From NCBI GenBank assembly GCA_043782365.1, contig JAYWAO010000061.1:1-42948 (forward strand): a DNA stretch of 42,948 nucleotides, read 5' to 3'. The DNA is from Deltaproteobacteria bacterium. GTDB lineage: Bacteria > Myxococcota > Myxococcia > Myxococcales > 40CM-4-68-19. The notes below the pieces were generated by a model. The model ran no database searches, had not been told where the DNA came from, and saw only the letters and a program-made list of their open reading frames with translations. Within the stretch, counting starts at the first letter, position 1. Each line of letters begins with the position of its first letter. This document shows, piece by piece, positions 29,460 to 38,667 of the stretch. The position numbers were made by a program, and so were the translations under genes.

Positions 29460-30586
29460 AAGAGCCCCGAGACGAGCAGGCCGGGGGCCACCACCCGCAC
29501 CACCGCCACCGGAAAGCCCGCGGGCTCGAGCCGCAGCGCCGCCACCCCGAGCCCCGCGGGCCCGCCGCCGATCGCGCGCAGGAGCCCCGCCAGATCGCGC
29601 GGGCCCTTGCGGTAGCCGATTCGATCACCATCCTCGCGCGGAGCCGCTGCCAGCGCGGCCCGTGCGAGCCCGCGCGCAGCCTCTGGCTCGGCGGCGGTGA
29701 TGTCCTCGCGGGCCCCGTGCACGTCGGTGAGCCGCGACTGCGCGGCCTCCAGCAGCGCGGCGTGGAGCGCGCCGTCGAGCGTCAGCCTGCAGGCGTAGCC
29801 CGCGGTGAGCGGGATCGGGCCGTGCTCTTGGTCGAGCAGGAGCGCGCCTGCCAGCGGGATCGGCAGCCAGGCCGCGCCCTCCACAGTAGGGTGGAGATCG
29901 AGCAGCACCGCGCGCAGACCCGCCGCGGCGAGCCGCTCGACGAGCGCCCAGCTCTGCGGCGCCGAGCGCGAGAGCAGCCGGGGCGAGAGGATCCGCGAGC
30001 GCAGCGCGCGCGGCGTGAAGCCCTCCGGGAGCGCGCGGGCGAGGCCATCGCGCTCGCAGGCCTCGAGCAGCGCGTGGAGCAAGGCGGCCTCGGCGTCGGG
30101 ACCGGCGCCGAGACCGTTGGAGGTCCAGCGATGCGCCGCGGGCCCCAGCCACGGCCCGGTGGAGGGCGGGCAGAACACCGCCGCGGCGGGCACCAGCACC
30201 TCGCCGCCGCGCGCAGGCCCGCAGAGCACCTCGGCAGCGACCCAAGCGCGGCGCACTTCCTCTCCGCCGAGGCGCGGCGCGCAGACGAGCTCCGGCAGCG
30301 CCCACGCGCGTCGATCAGCCGCGAAGAGGTCGCGCGCGCTCGCGTGCACCAGCCGGTCGGGCGCGGGCCGCTCGCTCGCCCACAGCTCCGCCGCCTCGAG
30401 CAGCGCGCCCGCCTCGGCCGCCTCCCAGCGCTCCCCCTTGCCGTTGGACACCTGGAGGATGTGCCCGCCGGGCCGCACCGCGCAGGCCACCTCCACGCCC
30501 GCGCGATCGAGCCCGGTCACCCGCGCCACGCGCGTCACGCCGAGTGCGGCAGAGAGCCGCGGTGCAGCGAGGAGGGGCCTTGCCAT
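29456..30586 (-). CDS. ycaO: YcaO-like protein (TfuA-associated type)
   Basis: TGLDRAG, SNGKG, TSNGLGAG, EACERD, EAAQSR...GARED, C-terminal VVRVVAPGL. Confidence 0.9.
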   Translation of the reverse strand: MARPLLAAPRLSAALGVTRVARVTGLDRAGVEVACAVRPGGHILQVSNGKGERWEAAEAGALLEAAELWASERPAPDRLVHASARDLFAADRRAWALPELVCAPRLGGEEVRRAWVAAEVLCGPARGGEVLVPAAAVFCPPSTGPWLGPAAHRWTSNGLGAGPDAEAALLHALLEACERDGLARALPEGFTPRALRSRILSPRLLSRSAPQSWALVERLAAAGLRAVLLDLHPTVEGAAWLPIPLAGALLLDQEHGPIPLTAGYACRLTLDGALHAALLEAAQSRLTDVHGAREDITAAEPEAARGLARAALAAAPREDGDRIGYRKGPRDLAGLLRAIGGGPAGLGVAALRLEPAGFPVAVVRVVAPGLLVSGLL

Positions 30587-30663
30587 GCGATTCCAAGTTA
30601 TCAGGGAAACCCTGGCGCGGTAGCTTGTCCGTGCCCGAAGGCACCCACGGACAAGGAGCGGCT

Positions 30664-31941
30664 TTGGTCAACCGGATCGCACCAGCAGCGCTGATCAACC
30701 TCCGCTGGATCGTCCGGCTGCGCTGGCTGGCGGTGCTGGGCCAGCTGGCGACCATCGTCGTCGGGGTGCAGATGATCGCCTCGCCGCTGCCCGTGCGCTG
30801 GCTACTGGTGGTGTGCGCGATGGTCGCGCTCTTCAACGGCGCGGTGCAGCTGTGGCTGCTGCGCGGCGGCCAGCCCACCGACCGGACCTCGGGGCTCAAC
30901 CTGCTGGCCGACATCGCCGCGCTCACCGCCCTGCTCGCGCTCTCCGGCGGCGTCTCCAACCCGTTCTCGGTGCTCTACCTCGTGCACATCACCATCGCCG
31001 CGGTGGTGCTGCCGTCGCGCTGGACGCAGCTCCTGGCGGTCGCGAGCGCGCTCGCGTACTCGGGGCTCGCGCTCGGCCACGGCCGGCTGCCCGAGCTGGT
31101 GCTGGTCGGCCACGACCGCCTCGGCGCCCACGCCTGGGCCTCGTGGGTGGCGTTCGTGGTGGGCGTCGCCTTCGTCTCGACCTTCTCCTACCGGATGTCG
31201 CGCGCGCTGCGCCGCCGCGAAGCCGAGCTGCAGAAGTCGCGCGCCGACGCCGAGGCGAGCGAGCGACTGGTGGCCCTCGGCACGCTGGCGGCCGGCACCG
31301 CGCACGAGCTCAACACGCCGCTCGGGACCATCGCCATCCTCGCCGCCGAGCTCTCCGACCAGCTGCGCGGGCCTGACCAGATCGGCCGGCGCGCCGAAGC
31401 CGAGGAGATCCGCAAGCAGGTGCGCCGCTGCAAGGGGATCATCACCAGCATGCTCGCGCCGCCCGGCAGCCACGCCGCCGAGGAGCCCGAGGAGATCAAG
31501 GTCGCTGCCACGCTGGAGGCGGCGGTGCTGCGCTGGCGCGAGGGCAGGCCCGGCCCGGCGCCCGAGGTGGCGATCGACCCCGCGGTGGTCAACGCCGAGG
31601 CGCGGCTCCCCAAGGAGGCCTTCGTGCGCGCGCTGGAGAACCTGCTCGACAACGCCTACGAGGCCACCGCCAGCCGGCCCGGGCGCAGCGTCCGCGTCGA
31701 GCTGGGGCGTGGCAGGGACGGCGAGCTGACGTTGGCGGTGGTGGACAACGGGGTGGGAGTGCCCGAGGAGCTGGAGGGCCGCATCGGCGAGCCCTTCTTC
31801 ACCACCAAGGGACCTGGCGCGGGGAGCGGCCTCGGGCTGTATCTGGCGCGGCACGTCGTCGAGCGCCAGGGGGGGTCGATGCAGGTCGTCTCCCGAGAGG
31901 GAAAGGGCACCCGGGTCGTCCTGACGATGCTCGAGAGCTGA
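30664..31941 (+). CDS. regB: RegB/PrrB-family redox sensor histidine kinase
   Basis: VRLRWLA, quinone-binding GGVSNPF motif, H-box AHELNTPL, Cys in RRCKGI, N/G/F boxes; AAGGAG RBS before TTG. Confidence 0.9.
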   Translation: MVNRIAPAALINLRWIVRLRWLAVLGQLATIVVGVQMIASPLPVRWLLVVCAMVALFNGAVQLWLLRGGQPTDRTSGLNLLADIAALTALLALSGGVSNPFSVLYLVHITIAAVVLPSRWTQLLAVASALAYSGLALGHGRLPELVLVGHDRLGAHAWASWVAFVVGVAFVSTFSYRMSRALRRREAELQKSRADAEASERLVALGTLAAGTAHELNTPLGTIAILAAELSDQLRGPDQIGRRAEAEEIRKQVRRCKGIITSMLAPPGSHAAEEPEEIKVAATLEAAVLRWREGRPGPAPEVAIDPAVVNAEARLPKEAFVRALENLLDNAYEATASRPGRSVRVELGRGRDGELTLAVVDNGVGVPEELEGRIGEPFFTTKGPGAGSGLGLYLARHVVERQGGSMQVVSREGKGTRVVLTMLES

Positions 31942-31950
31942 ATCGGCACC

Positions 31951-31967
31951 TGCGATATACGGTCGCA
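31951..31967. promoter_or_regulatory. RegA/RegR-type box upstream of regA
   Basis: TGCGA-TATACGG-TCGCA palindrome, equal to GCGAT-N5-GTCGC, in the regB-regA spacer. Confidence 0.5.
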
Positions 31968-32024
31968 CTCGCGGTATCAGGTCACATGTCAGGTTATACG
32001 GTGGGCCTGGAGAGGTGAACAGCG

Positions 32025-32540
32025 ATGCGCATCCTGATCGTCGACGACGATGAGCCCTTCCGCCTGGCGCTTCGAAATGCCTTCTTGCGCCGGGGCTATG
32101 AAGTCCTCCTGGCCGGCAGCTACGACGAGGCGGTGGTCGCCGCCCACTCGCAGCCGCCCGACTACGCGGTGATCGACCTGCGCATGCCCGGCAAGGGCGG
32201 CCTCGAGGTGGTGCGCGAGCTGCGCGCGCTGCCGCGGCCACCGGTGGTGGTCGTGCTCACCGGATATGGCACCATCGGCACCGCGGTGGAGGCGGTGCGG
32301 ATCGGCGCCATCAACTACCTGAGCAAGCCCGCCGACGCCGAGGAGATCGAGGCGGCGCTGCAGGGCCAGAAGCCCACCATCCCTGTCGACGCGGTGCCGT
32401 CGCTCGACCGGCAGGAGTGGGAGTACCTCAACAAGATCCTCGCCGACTGCAACGGCAACATCTCCGAGGCGGCGCGCCGCTTGAAGATGCACCGGCGGAC
32501 CCTGCAGCGGAAGCTGCAGAAGCACCCGCCGAAGGCGTAG
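32025..32540 (+). CDS. regA: RegA/PrrA-family response regulator
   Basis: REC domain plus SLDRQEWEY...GNISEAARRLKMHRRTLQRKL signature. Confidence 0.93.
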   Translation: MRILIVDDDEPFRLALRNAFLRRGYEVLLAGSYDEAVVAAHSQPPDYAVIDLRMPGKGGLEVVRELRALPRPPVVVVLTGYGTIGTAVEAVRIGAINYLSKPADAEEIEAALQGQKPTIPVDAVPSLDRQEWEYLNKILADCNGNISEAARRLKMHRRTLQRKLQKHPPKA

Positions 32541-32709
32541 GCGGAGGAGGCCCTGCGCGCTCTGCGGGGCCGGCCTTGTGAACTCCCGCGCGGCTGGCAG
32601 GTCGGGTGTGAGACGGGCGGCTAGACCGCGTGTCTTTCGGATGTGGCCTTGAAGCGTCGGCCACCTTTTCTTGCGGTAGGCTGCTGCGCCGCCACACTTG
32701 GAGGTCACC

Positions 32710-33306
32710 ATGAAGTCGATCGTCGCTCCGCTCGTCGCGCTCGCTGCCTCGTTCGCCCTCGCGGTCCACGGGTGCGGAGGCGACCCCGGCCCCACCACGG
32801 GCTCGGGCACCGTCACCGGGACCGTCAACGGCGGCGCCTTCACGGTGCGCGACGCCATCACCGGGGCATATACGCTCTTCGGGCAGCCGGTCACGCTGAT
32901 CGCGCTGACCGACTTCGCGGGCGCGTGCGGCATCGCCAAGACCAACGCCAACGTGAAGAACTCCGGGCTGGTCGGGTTCTTCCTCTGGAACAACGACGGC
33001 AACGGCCACCTCACCCCGGTGACGACGCCGGGGACCTACACGGTGGACGACCCGAACGACCCGAACTTCCCCACCACGGGGAGGGTCGGCATCGGCACCG
33101 TCGTCAAGAACGACGCCACCTGCCAGGACACCTCGGTCTACTTCAAGAGCGGCACGGTCACCGTCACCACGGTGGACTCGTTCGGCGGCTTCACCGGCAC
33201 CTTCGACGGAACCACCACCGCGAACATCCACCTCACGGGGACGTTCACCACCCCTGCCTGCACGCTCCCTGCGCCCTCCGACGGCGGCACCTCGGCCTGC
33301 AACTAG
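32710..33306 (+). CDS. Hypothetical Thr/Gly-rich lipoprotein
   Basis: GGAGG RBS, lipobox VHGC, beta-rich sequence with paired Cys. Confidence 0.75.
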   Translation: MKSIVAPLVALAASFALAVHGCGGDPGPTTGSGTVTGTVNGGAFTVRDAITGAYTLFGQPVTLIALTDFAGACGIAKTNANVKNSGLVGFFLWNNDGNGHLTPVTTPGTYTVDDPNDPNFPTTGRVGIGTVVKNDATCQDTSVYFKSGTVTVTTVDSFGGFTGTFDGTTTANIHLTGTFTTPACTLPAPSDGGTSACN

Positions 33307-33316
33307 AGCACCGCGA

Positions 33317-33519
33317 ATGACCCGCACGCCACTCGCAGTGATCTCGATCGGCGGGACCAGCGGGGAGAGTTCGGCGCCGGCGGCGCAGGGCCGGGGGTGC
33401 AGGCGGCGCTCGACTACCTCGCCGGGAACGGCAACGCGGGGGCGCGGGCGGTGATCGGCAGCCCCGACGACCTCGCCGGGCTCATCGAGGGCACCGCCGG
33501 GACGCGGCTCGTGCCCTGA
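33317..33519 (+). pseudogene. arcC: Carbamate kinase remnant (N-terminus joined out of frame to C-terminus)
   Basis: MTRTPLAVISIGG, then in another frame GEFGAGGAGPGVQAALDYL...AVIGSPDDLAGLIEGTAGTRLVP-stop. Confidence 0.65.
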
Positions 33520-33644
33520 GCAGGCCCGCACGCGCGGCGCGGAGGCCTCCTCCCTTCCACCCCAGCCCCGCCCCGTGCTACATCGCGCCGCCTCGCAGAA
33601 AGCCCCGGCCTCTCGCCCGGGCACCAGCAGCCGAGATTGAACCG

Positions 33645-35246
33645 ATGATCCAGGTCACCAACGTCACGAAGGCCTTTGCCGGCAAGAAGCTGTTCGAAGA
33701 GGTCAACACCTCGTTCCCGCCCGGGCGCCGCTACGGCCTGACCGGGCCCAACGGGGCCGGCAAGTCCACCCTGATGAAGATCCTCGCCGGCGATCTCGAG
33801 CCCGACAGCGGCACCATCTCGCGCCCCAAGCGGTTCTCGGTGCTCAAGCAGGACCAGTTCGCCTTCGAGGAGTGGAAGGTCCTCGACGTGGTCGTCAGCG
33901 GCAACAAGCTGCTCTGGGCCGCCATGCAGGAGAAGGACAGGCTGCTCGCGAGCGAGACCCTCTCCGACGCCGAAGGCGCGCGGCTCGGCGAGCTCGAGGG
34001 CGTGATCGCCGAGGAGGACGGCTACTCGGCCGAGGCGGAGGCCGCCGTGCTGCTCGAGGGCCTCGGCATCCCCGAGAGCGAGCAGTCGCGGAAGATGTCC
34101 GAGATCACCGGCGGCGACAAGGTGCGCGCGCTGCTCGCGCAGGCGCTCTTCGGCAAGCCCACCGCGCTCTTGCTCGACGAGCCCACCAACTCGCTCGACC
34201 TCGACTCGATCCACTGGCTGGAGGACTTCCTCCTCGCGTTCGAGGGCGTGCTGATCGTCATCAGCCACGACCGGCACTTCTTGAACGCGATCTGCACGCA
34301 CATCGCCGACATCGACTACGAGACCATCATCACCTACCCGGGCAACTACGACGACATGGTCCGGGGCAAGTCGCAGGTGCGCTCGCGCATCGAGGGCGAG
34401 AACGCCGACAAGTCCAAGCGCCGCGAGCAGCTACAAGACTTCATCGCCCGCTTCGCCGCCGGCACGCGCGCCAGCCAGGTGCAGAGCCGCAAGAAGCAGC
34501 TGGAGAAGCTCTCGCTCGCCGAGATGAAGAAGTCGAACATCGCGCGCCCGTTCATCAAGATCGAGCAGAAGCGGCCGAGCGGGCGGCAGACGCTGACGAT
34601 CGACAAGCTCACCAAGTCGTTCGACGGCCAAAGGCCGCTCTTCAAGAACTTCTCCGCGCTGATCACGCGGGGCGAGCGGGTCGCCATCGTCGGCAAGAAC
34701 GGCGTCGGCAAGACCACGCTCTTGCGCACGCTCCTCGGCGAGCTGCAGCCCGACAGCGGCACCGCGGTGTGGGGCCACGAAGCGCAGATCGGCTACCTGC
34801 CCGACGACGCCAAGCTGGTGATCCCGAAGGGCACCACCTGCTTCGACTACCTGCACGACATCGACGCGCGCGCCGGCAACGAGGAGCTGCGCGGGCTGCT
34901 CGGTCGGATGCTCTTCCGCGGCGACGAGGGCATCAAGCCCACCCACGCGCTCTCGGGTGGAGAAGCCGTCCGCTTGCTCTTCTGCAAGCTGATGCTCACC
35001 CAGCCCAACGTGCTGGTGCTCGACGAGCCGAACAACCACCTCGACCTCGAGGCGATCAGCGCCCTCGGCGAGGGGCTCGCCAGCTACCCGGGCACGGTGC
35101 TGATGGTGGCCCATGACCGCGACCTGATCGCCACCACCGCGACGCGCATCTTCGCCTTCCACTCCAACGGCGTGCTCGAGGACTTCGCCGGCGACTACGA
35201 GATGTTCCTCGACCGCCACGGCGGCTTCATCGACGAGCGCAAGTAA
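33645..35246 (+). CDS. ABC-F family ATPase (YbiT-like)
   Basis: Two NBDs (GPNGAGKS and GKNGVGKT; DEPTN and DEPNN), no TMs, YPGNYD linker. Confidence 0.93.
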   Translation: MIQVTNVTKAFAGKKLFEEVNTSFPPGRRYGLTGPNGAGKSTLMKILAGDLEPDSGTISRPKRFSVLKQDQFAFEEWKVLDVVVSGNKLLWAAMQEKDRLLASETLSDAEGARLGELEGVIAEEDGYSAEAEAAVLLEGLGIPESEQSRKMSEITGGDKVRALLAQALFGKPTALLLDEPTNSLDLDSIHWLEDFLLAFEGVLIVISHDRHFLNAICTHIADIDYETIITYPGNYDDMVRGKSQVRSRIEGENADKSKRREQLQDFIARFAAGTRASQVQSRKKQLEKLSLAEMKKSNIARPFIKIEQKRPSGRQTLTIDKLTKSFDGQRPLFKNFSALITRGERVAIVGKNGVGKTTLLRTLLGELQPDSGTAVWGHEAQIGYLPDDAKLVIPKGTTCFDYLHDIDARAGNEELRGLLGRMLFRGDEGIKPTHALSGGEAVRLLFCKLMLTQPNVLVLDEPNNHLDLEAISALGEGLASYPGTVLMVAHDRDLIATTATRIFAFHSNGVLEDFAGDYEMFLDRHGGFIDERK

Positions 35247-35318
35247 GGCGGGCGCTGCCACCGCGCGGTCGGCTATCCTCGGAGGCCGATGCGCGGCCGA
35301 CGCCTGCCTGCCTGTGGA

Positions 35319-35954
35319 ATGGTCCTGCACCGCGCCCTGGCCGCGTGCGCCGCAACGCTGTGCGTGGCCGGGGCCGCGCAGGCCGCCACGCACTACTGGA
35401 CCTGGAACAAGCAGCCCTCTCCCGAGTCGCTGGAGGCCTGCGCCGCCACCTTGCGCAAGGTGGCCGCGGCGAGGACCCTCGTGCTCAGCCTCGACGGACC
35501 GGCTGCGCTGGCGGCCCAGGCCACCGACCTCGGGCCGGCGCTCCTCTCGCTCAACGGGCAGGGAGACTTCCGACAGGAGCAGTTCCGCTGGCCTGGACGG
35601 CGCGGCTTCAACTTCTGCAAGACCGGCGGCTTCCCCTACGACGCGGTGGTCACGGCCGCGCTGATCGCGGCGCGCGACTGCTTCGCGCCCGCGGTGCTCG
35701 CCATCGGCTCCGACGGCGAGTGGGACGATTGGGCGCCGGGCGCGAAGCTCTACCAGTCGGTCACGGGCCGCACCGCGGTGAGCCCGCTCGGCGGCGAGGT
35801 GCAGGAGCCGGCCCCGGGGGAAAGCGGGGCTGGCGGCGGAGAGAAGGACCCGTGGGTGGTCAAGCGAGGGACCCTCGACCGCTTGCCGGCCGGCCTGCTG
35901 GCGCTGTTTCTCGCGCTGTTTTTTTTGGACCGATTCCGGCCGCGGCGCACCTAA
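35319..35954 (+). CDS. Exported hypothetical protein with C-terminal membrane anchor
   Basis: Signal peptide AQA-A; THYW, FNFCKT..PYD and SDG..DW motifs; C-terminal TM plus basic tail. Confidence 0.7.
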   Translation: MVLHRALAACAATLCVAGAAQAATHYWTWNKQPSPESLEACAATLRKVAAARTLVLSLDGPAALAAQATDLGPALLSLNGQGDFRQEQFRWPGRRGFNFCKTGGFPYDAVVTAALIAARDCFAPAVLAIGSDGEWDDWAPGAKLYQSVTGRTAVSPLGGEVQEPAPGESGAGGGEKDPWVVKRGTLDRLPAGLLALFLALFFLDRFRPRRT

Positions 35955-36009
35955 GCGTCGTTTGTCCTTCGCCTGGTGTCTGTGGACTTGAATGCCCTGG
36001 AATCGACGG

Positions 36010-38667
36010 ATGACAAGCTCTAGCGCGCCCCCGGTCTACCTGCTGCACCTCTGCGCCCTGCTCTCGCTCTCTGCGCTGGGGGCGCGCGCGCAGGCGGTGC
36101 CCGACCCCGTACAGAAGAAGACGGAGGCCCCCGCGCCGGCGCCGCTGCCGATCACGCCGCCCGCGCTCGCAGGCGAGATGCCGCAGGCCGACTACCCGCA
36201 GGCCGCGCTCGCCGAGCGGCGCGCCGCGCGGGTGGTGCTCGAGCTCGACGTCACCGAGCAGGGCCTCGGCCAGAACGCCAAGGTGGTCTCGCCGCCGCAG
36301 CCCGGGTTCGACGAGAGCGCGCTGGCCGTGGTGCCCAAGCTGCGCTTCACCCCGGCAACCCAGACGACGGCGCAGGGCGAGCTGCCGCTCGCGGTGCGGC
36401 TCCAGTTTGCCATCAACTTCACGCCGCCCCCGGTCGCCCGCGCACCCGAGGACGCGGTGCAGAGGCCCGTCAACCTCGCCGGCCAGGTGCGCGAGCGCGG
36501 CACACGGCGCAGGCTGGGCGGGCTGGAGGTGGCGGTGCCGACGGCGAAGCTCGCGGCCTACACCGACGCGCAGGGCCGGTTCGAGCTGCGCGGGGTGCCC
36601 GAGGGCAAGCAGGAGATCGTCATCGCCGCCCCCGGTTACCAAAGATTGTCGATCACCGAGACCATCGAGCCCGGCCGGAAGCTGGAGGTGCAGTATCTCC
36701 TGCAGGCGCTCTACACGAGCCCGTTCGAGGCGGTGGTCTCGGGCGACAAGGAGCGCAAGGAGATCAGCAAGACGACCATCTCCATCGAGGAGGTGAACCG
36801 CATCCCGGGCACCCAGGGCGACGCGCTCAAGGTGATCGAGGACCTCCCGGGCGCGAACCGCTCCAGCCCCGCGGGCGGCGGCCTCCTGGTGATCCGCGGC
36901 TCCAACCCGGGCGACTCGCTGGTCTTCCTCGACGGGCTCAACCTGCCGCTGCTCTACCACTTCGGCGCGCTCTCCAGCACCTTCAACCCCGACCTGCTCG
37001 GCAGCATCGACTACGTCCCGGGCAACTTCTCGGTGGCCTACGGGGACATGATCGGCGGGCTCGTCTCGGTGAACACGCGGCCACTGCGTGAGGAGCTGCA
37101 CGGGTACGCGAACCTCAACCTGCTCGAGTCGAGCGTGCTGCTCGAGGGGCAGGTCCCCGGGGACAGCGGCGTGCGGCTCTCGGTGTCGGGCCGCAAGAGC
37201 TACGTCGGCGAGGTGCTCAAGGCGGTGATCCCCGACGGCGCGGTGGGCCTGGTCGCGGCCCCCAGCTACTACGACGCGCAGGTGCGGCTCGACTGGAAGC
37301 CCAAGGGGACGAACCACACGCTGCAGCTCCTCGCGCTCACCAGCGACGACTCGCTCAGCCTGCTCTTCAAGCGGCCGTTCGCCACCGATCCCAACGTCTC
37401 GGGCGACCTCGACGTGGAGACGGGGTTCTCGCAGCTGCGCCTGAAGGACGGCTGGCGGTCGGGCGCGTGGACGGTCGCCACGGTGGCGATGTACGAGCAC
37501 CTGCTGCTGCGGTTCGGGATCGGCGCGACCCACTTCTCGCTCTACGGCAACGACCTCTACCTGCGCTCGGTCGCCGGGTACGAGGTGGGCGACGACCTCG
37601 AGCTCACCTTCGGCTTCGAGGCGACCAACCGGCACGTCAACGTGGCCGCGGACCTGCCCGGGTCGGCGCTCTTCCGCGAGGGCGACCCCAACCAGGCGAA
37701 CGGCCCGCGCGGCGACGACACCTCGAAGATCCGCGTCGCCGCCCTGCCGTTCAACCGCTACTCGCCGGCGCTCTTCCTCGAGGCGCGCTGGAGGCCGCTC
37801 GCGAACCTCACCCTGACGCCGGGCCTGCGCCTCGACTCGTACGTCTACACCGGCCAGCCCGCCGCCACCCGCACGCTGGGGCCGCGCCTCACCGCGCGCT
37901 ATGAGCTGGACGACGCGCTCGCGTTCAAGGCCGGCGCGGGCCTCTACTCGCAGGGCGCCCGCAACGGCGACGCGGCGGCGCAGTTCGGCAACCCGGCCAT
38001 CCTGCCGCAGCGGGCGCTGCAGCTCACCGCGGGCGCCGAGTGGCGGCCGCTGGGGGGCGTCTTCACCTCGCTGGAGGGCTTCTACAAGAAGATCGACGAC
38101 ATCATCGTCTCCAGCAGCGGCGCGGCCTCGAGCAGCTCGCTCGACAACGCGGGCACCGGGCGCGTCTTCGGCCTCGAGGTGCTGGTGCGCAAGGAGCTGA
38201 CTGACCGGCTCTTCGGCTGGATCGCCTACACGCTCTCGCGCTCCGACCGCATCGACCGGCCCGGACAGGCCCGGCGGCTCTTCGACTTCGACCAGACCCA
38301 CAACCTCACCGTCGTCGCCAGCTACCAGCTCCCCAAGGGCTGGCAGCTGGGCGCGCGGCTGCGGCTCATCTCCGGCAACCCCGACACGCCGGTGATCGGC
38401 GCGCGCTACCTGAACGCGACCGACTCCTATCTGCCCATCTATGGCCCGACCAACTCGACGCGGCTGCCGCTCTTCCACCAGCTCGACGTGCGGCTCGACA
38501 AGGTCTGGACCTTCGACGCGTGGACCCTCGACCTCTACCTCGACGTGCTCAACACCTACAATCACCGCTCCATCGAGGGGACCCAATACAGCTATGACTT
38601 CTCGCAATCGTCGTATATCGGCGGGCTGCCCTTCTTCCCCAGCCTCGGCCTGAAGGGGGCGTTCTGA
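36010..38667 (+). CDS. TonB-dependent receptor with N-terminal TonB-C and carboxypeptidase-regulatory-like domains
   Basis: YPQAA...FDESAL...FTPA TonB-C, TDAQGRFELRGVPEG, plug IRGSNP...LDG, barrel ending in Phe. Confidence 0.92.
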   Translation: MTSSSAPPVYLLHLCALLSLSALGARAQAVPDPVQKKTEAPAPAPLPITPPALAGEMPQADYPQAALAERRAARVVLELDVTEQGLGQNAKVVSPPQPGFDESALAVVPKLRFTPATQTTAQGELPLAVRLQFAINFTPPPVARAPEDAVQRPVNLAGQVRERGTRRRLGGLEVAVPTAKLAAYTDAQGRFELRGVPEGKQEIVIAAPGYQRLSITETIEPGRKLEVQYLLQALYTSPFEAVVSGDKERKEISKTTISIEEVNRIPGTQGDALKVIEDLPGANRSSPAGGGLLVIRGSNPGDSLVFLDGLNLPLLYHFGALSSTFNPDLLGSIDYVPGNFSVAYGDMIGGLVSVNTRPLREELHGYANLNLLESSVLLEGQVPGDSGVRLSVSGRKSYVGEVLKAVIPDGAVGLVAAPSYYDAQVRLDWKPKGTNHTLQLLALTSDDSLSLLFKRPFATDPNVSGDLDVETGFSQLRLKDGWRSGAWTVATVAMYEHLLLRFGIGATHFSLYGNDLYLRSVAGYEVGDDLELTFGFEATNRHVNVAADLPGSALFREGDPNQANGPRGDDTSKIRVAALPFNRYSPALFLEARWRPLANLTLTPGLRLDSYVYTGQPAATRTLGPRLTARYELDDALAFKAGAGLYSQGARNGDAAAQFGNPAILPQRALQLTAGAEWRPLGGVFTSLEGFYKKIDDIIVSSSGAASSSSLDNAGTGRVFGLEVLVRKELTDRLFGWIAYTLSRSDRIDRPGQARRLFDFDQTHNLTVVASYQLPKGWQLGARLRLISGNPDTPVIGARYLNATDSYLPIYGPTNSTRLPLFHQLDVRLDKVWTFDAWTLDLYLDVLNTYNHRSIEGTQYSYDFSQSSYIGGLPFFPSLGLKGAF

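Noticed and set aside
25106-29631. 1045-aa and 839-aa ORFs suggesting M3 or TrkA fusions
   Set aside because: The extensions are shadow frames over neighbouring genes. GTG starts at 27115 and 28227 give normal-length proteins.
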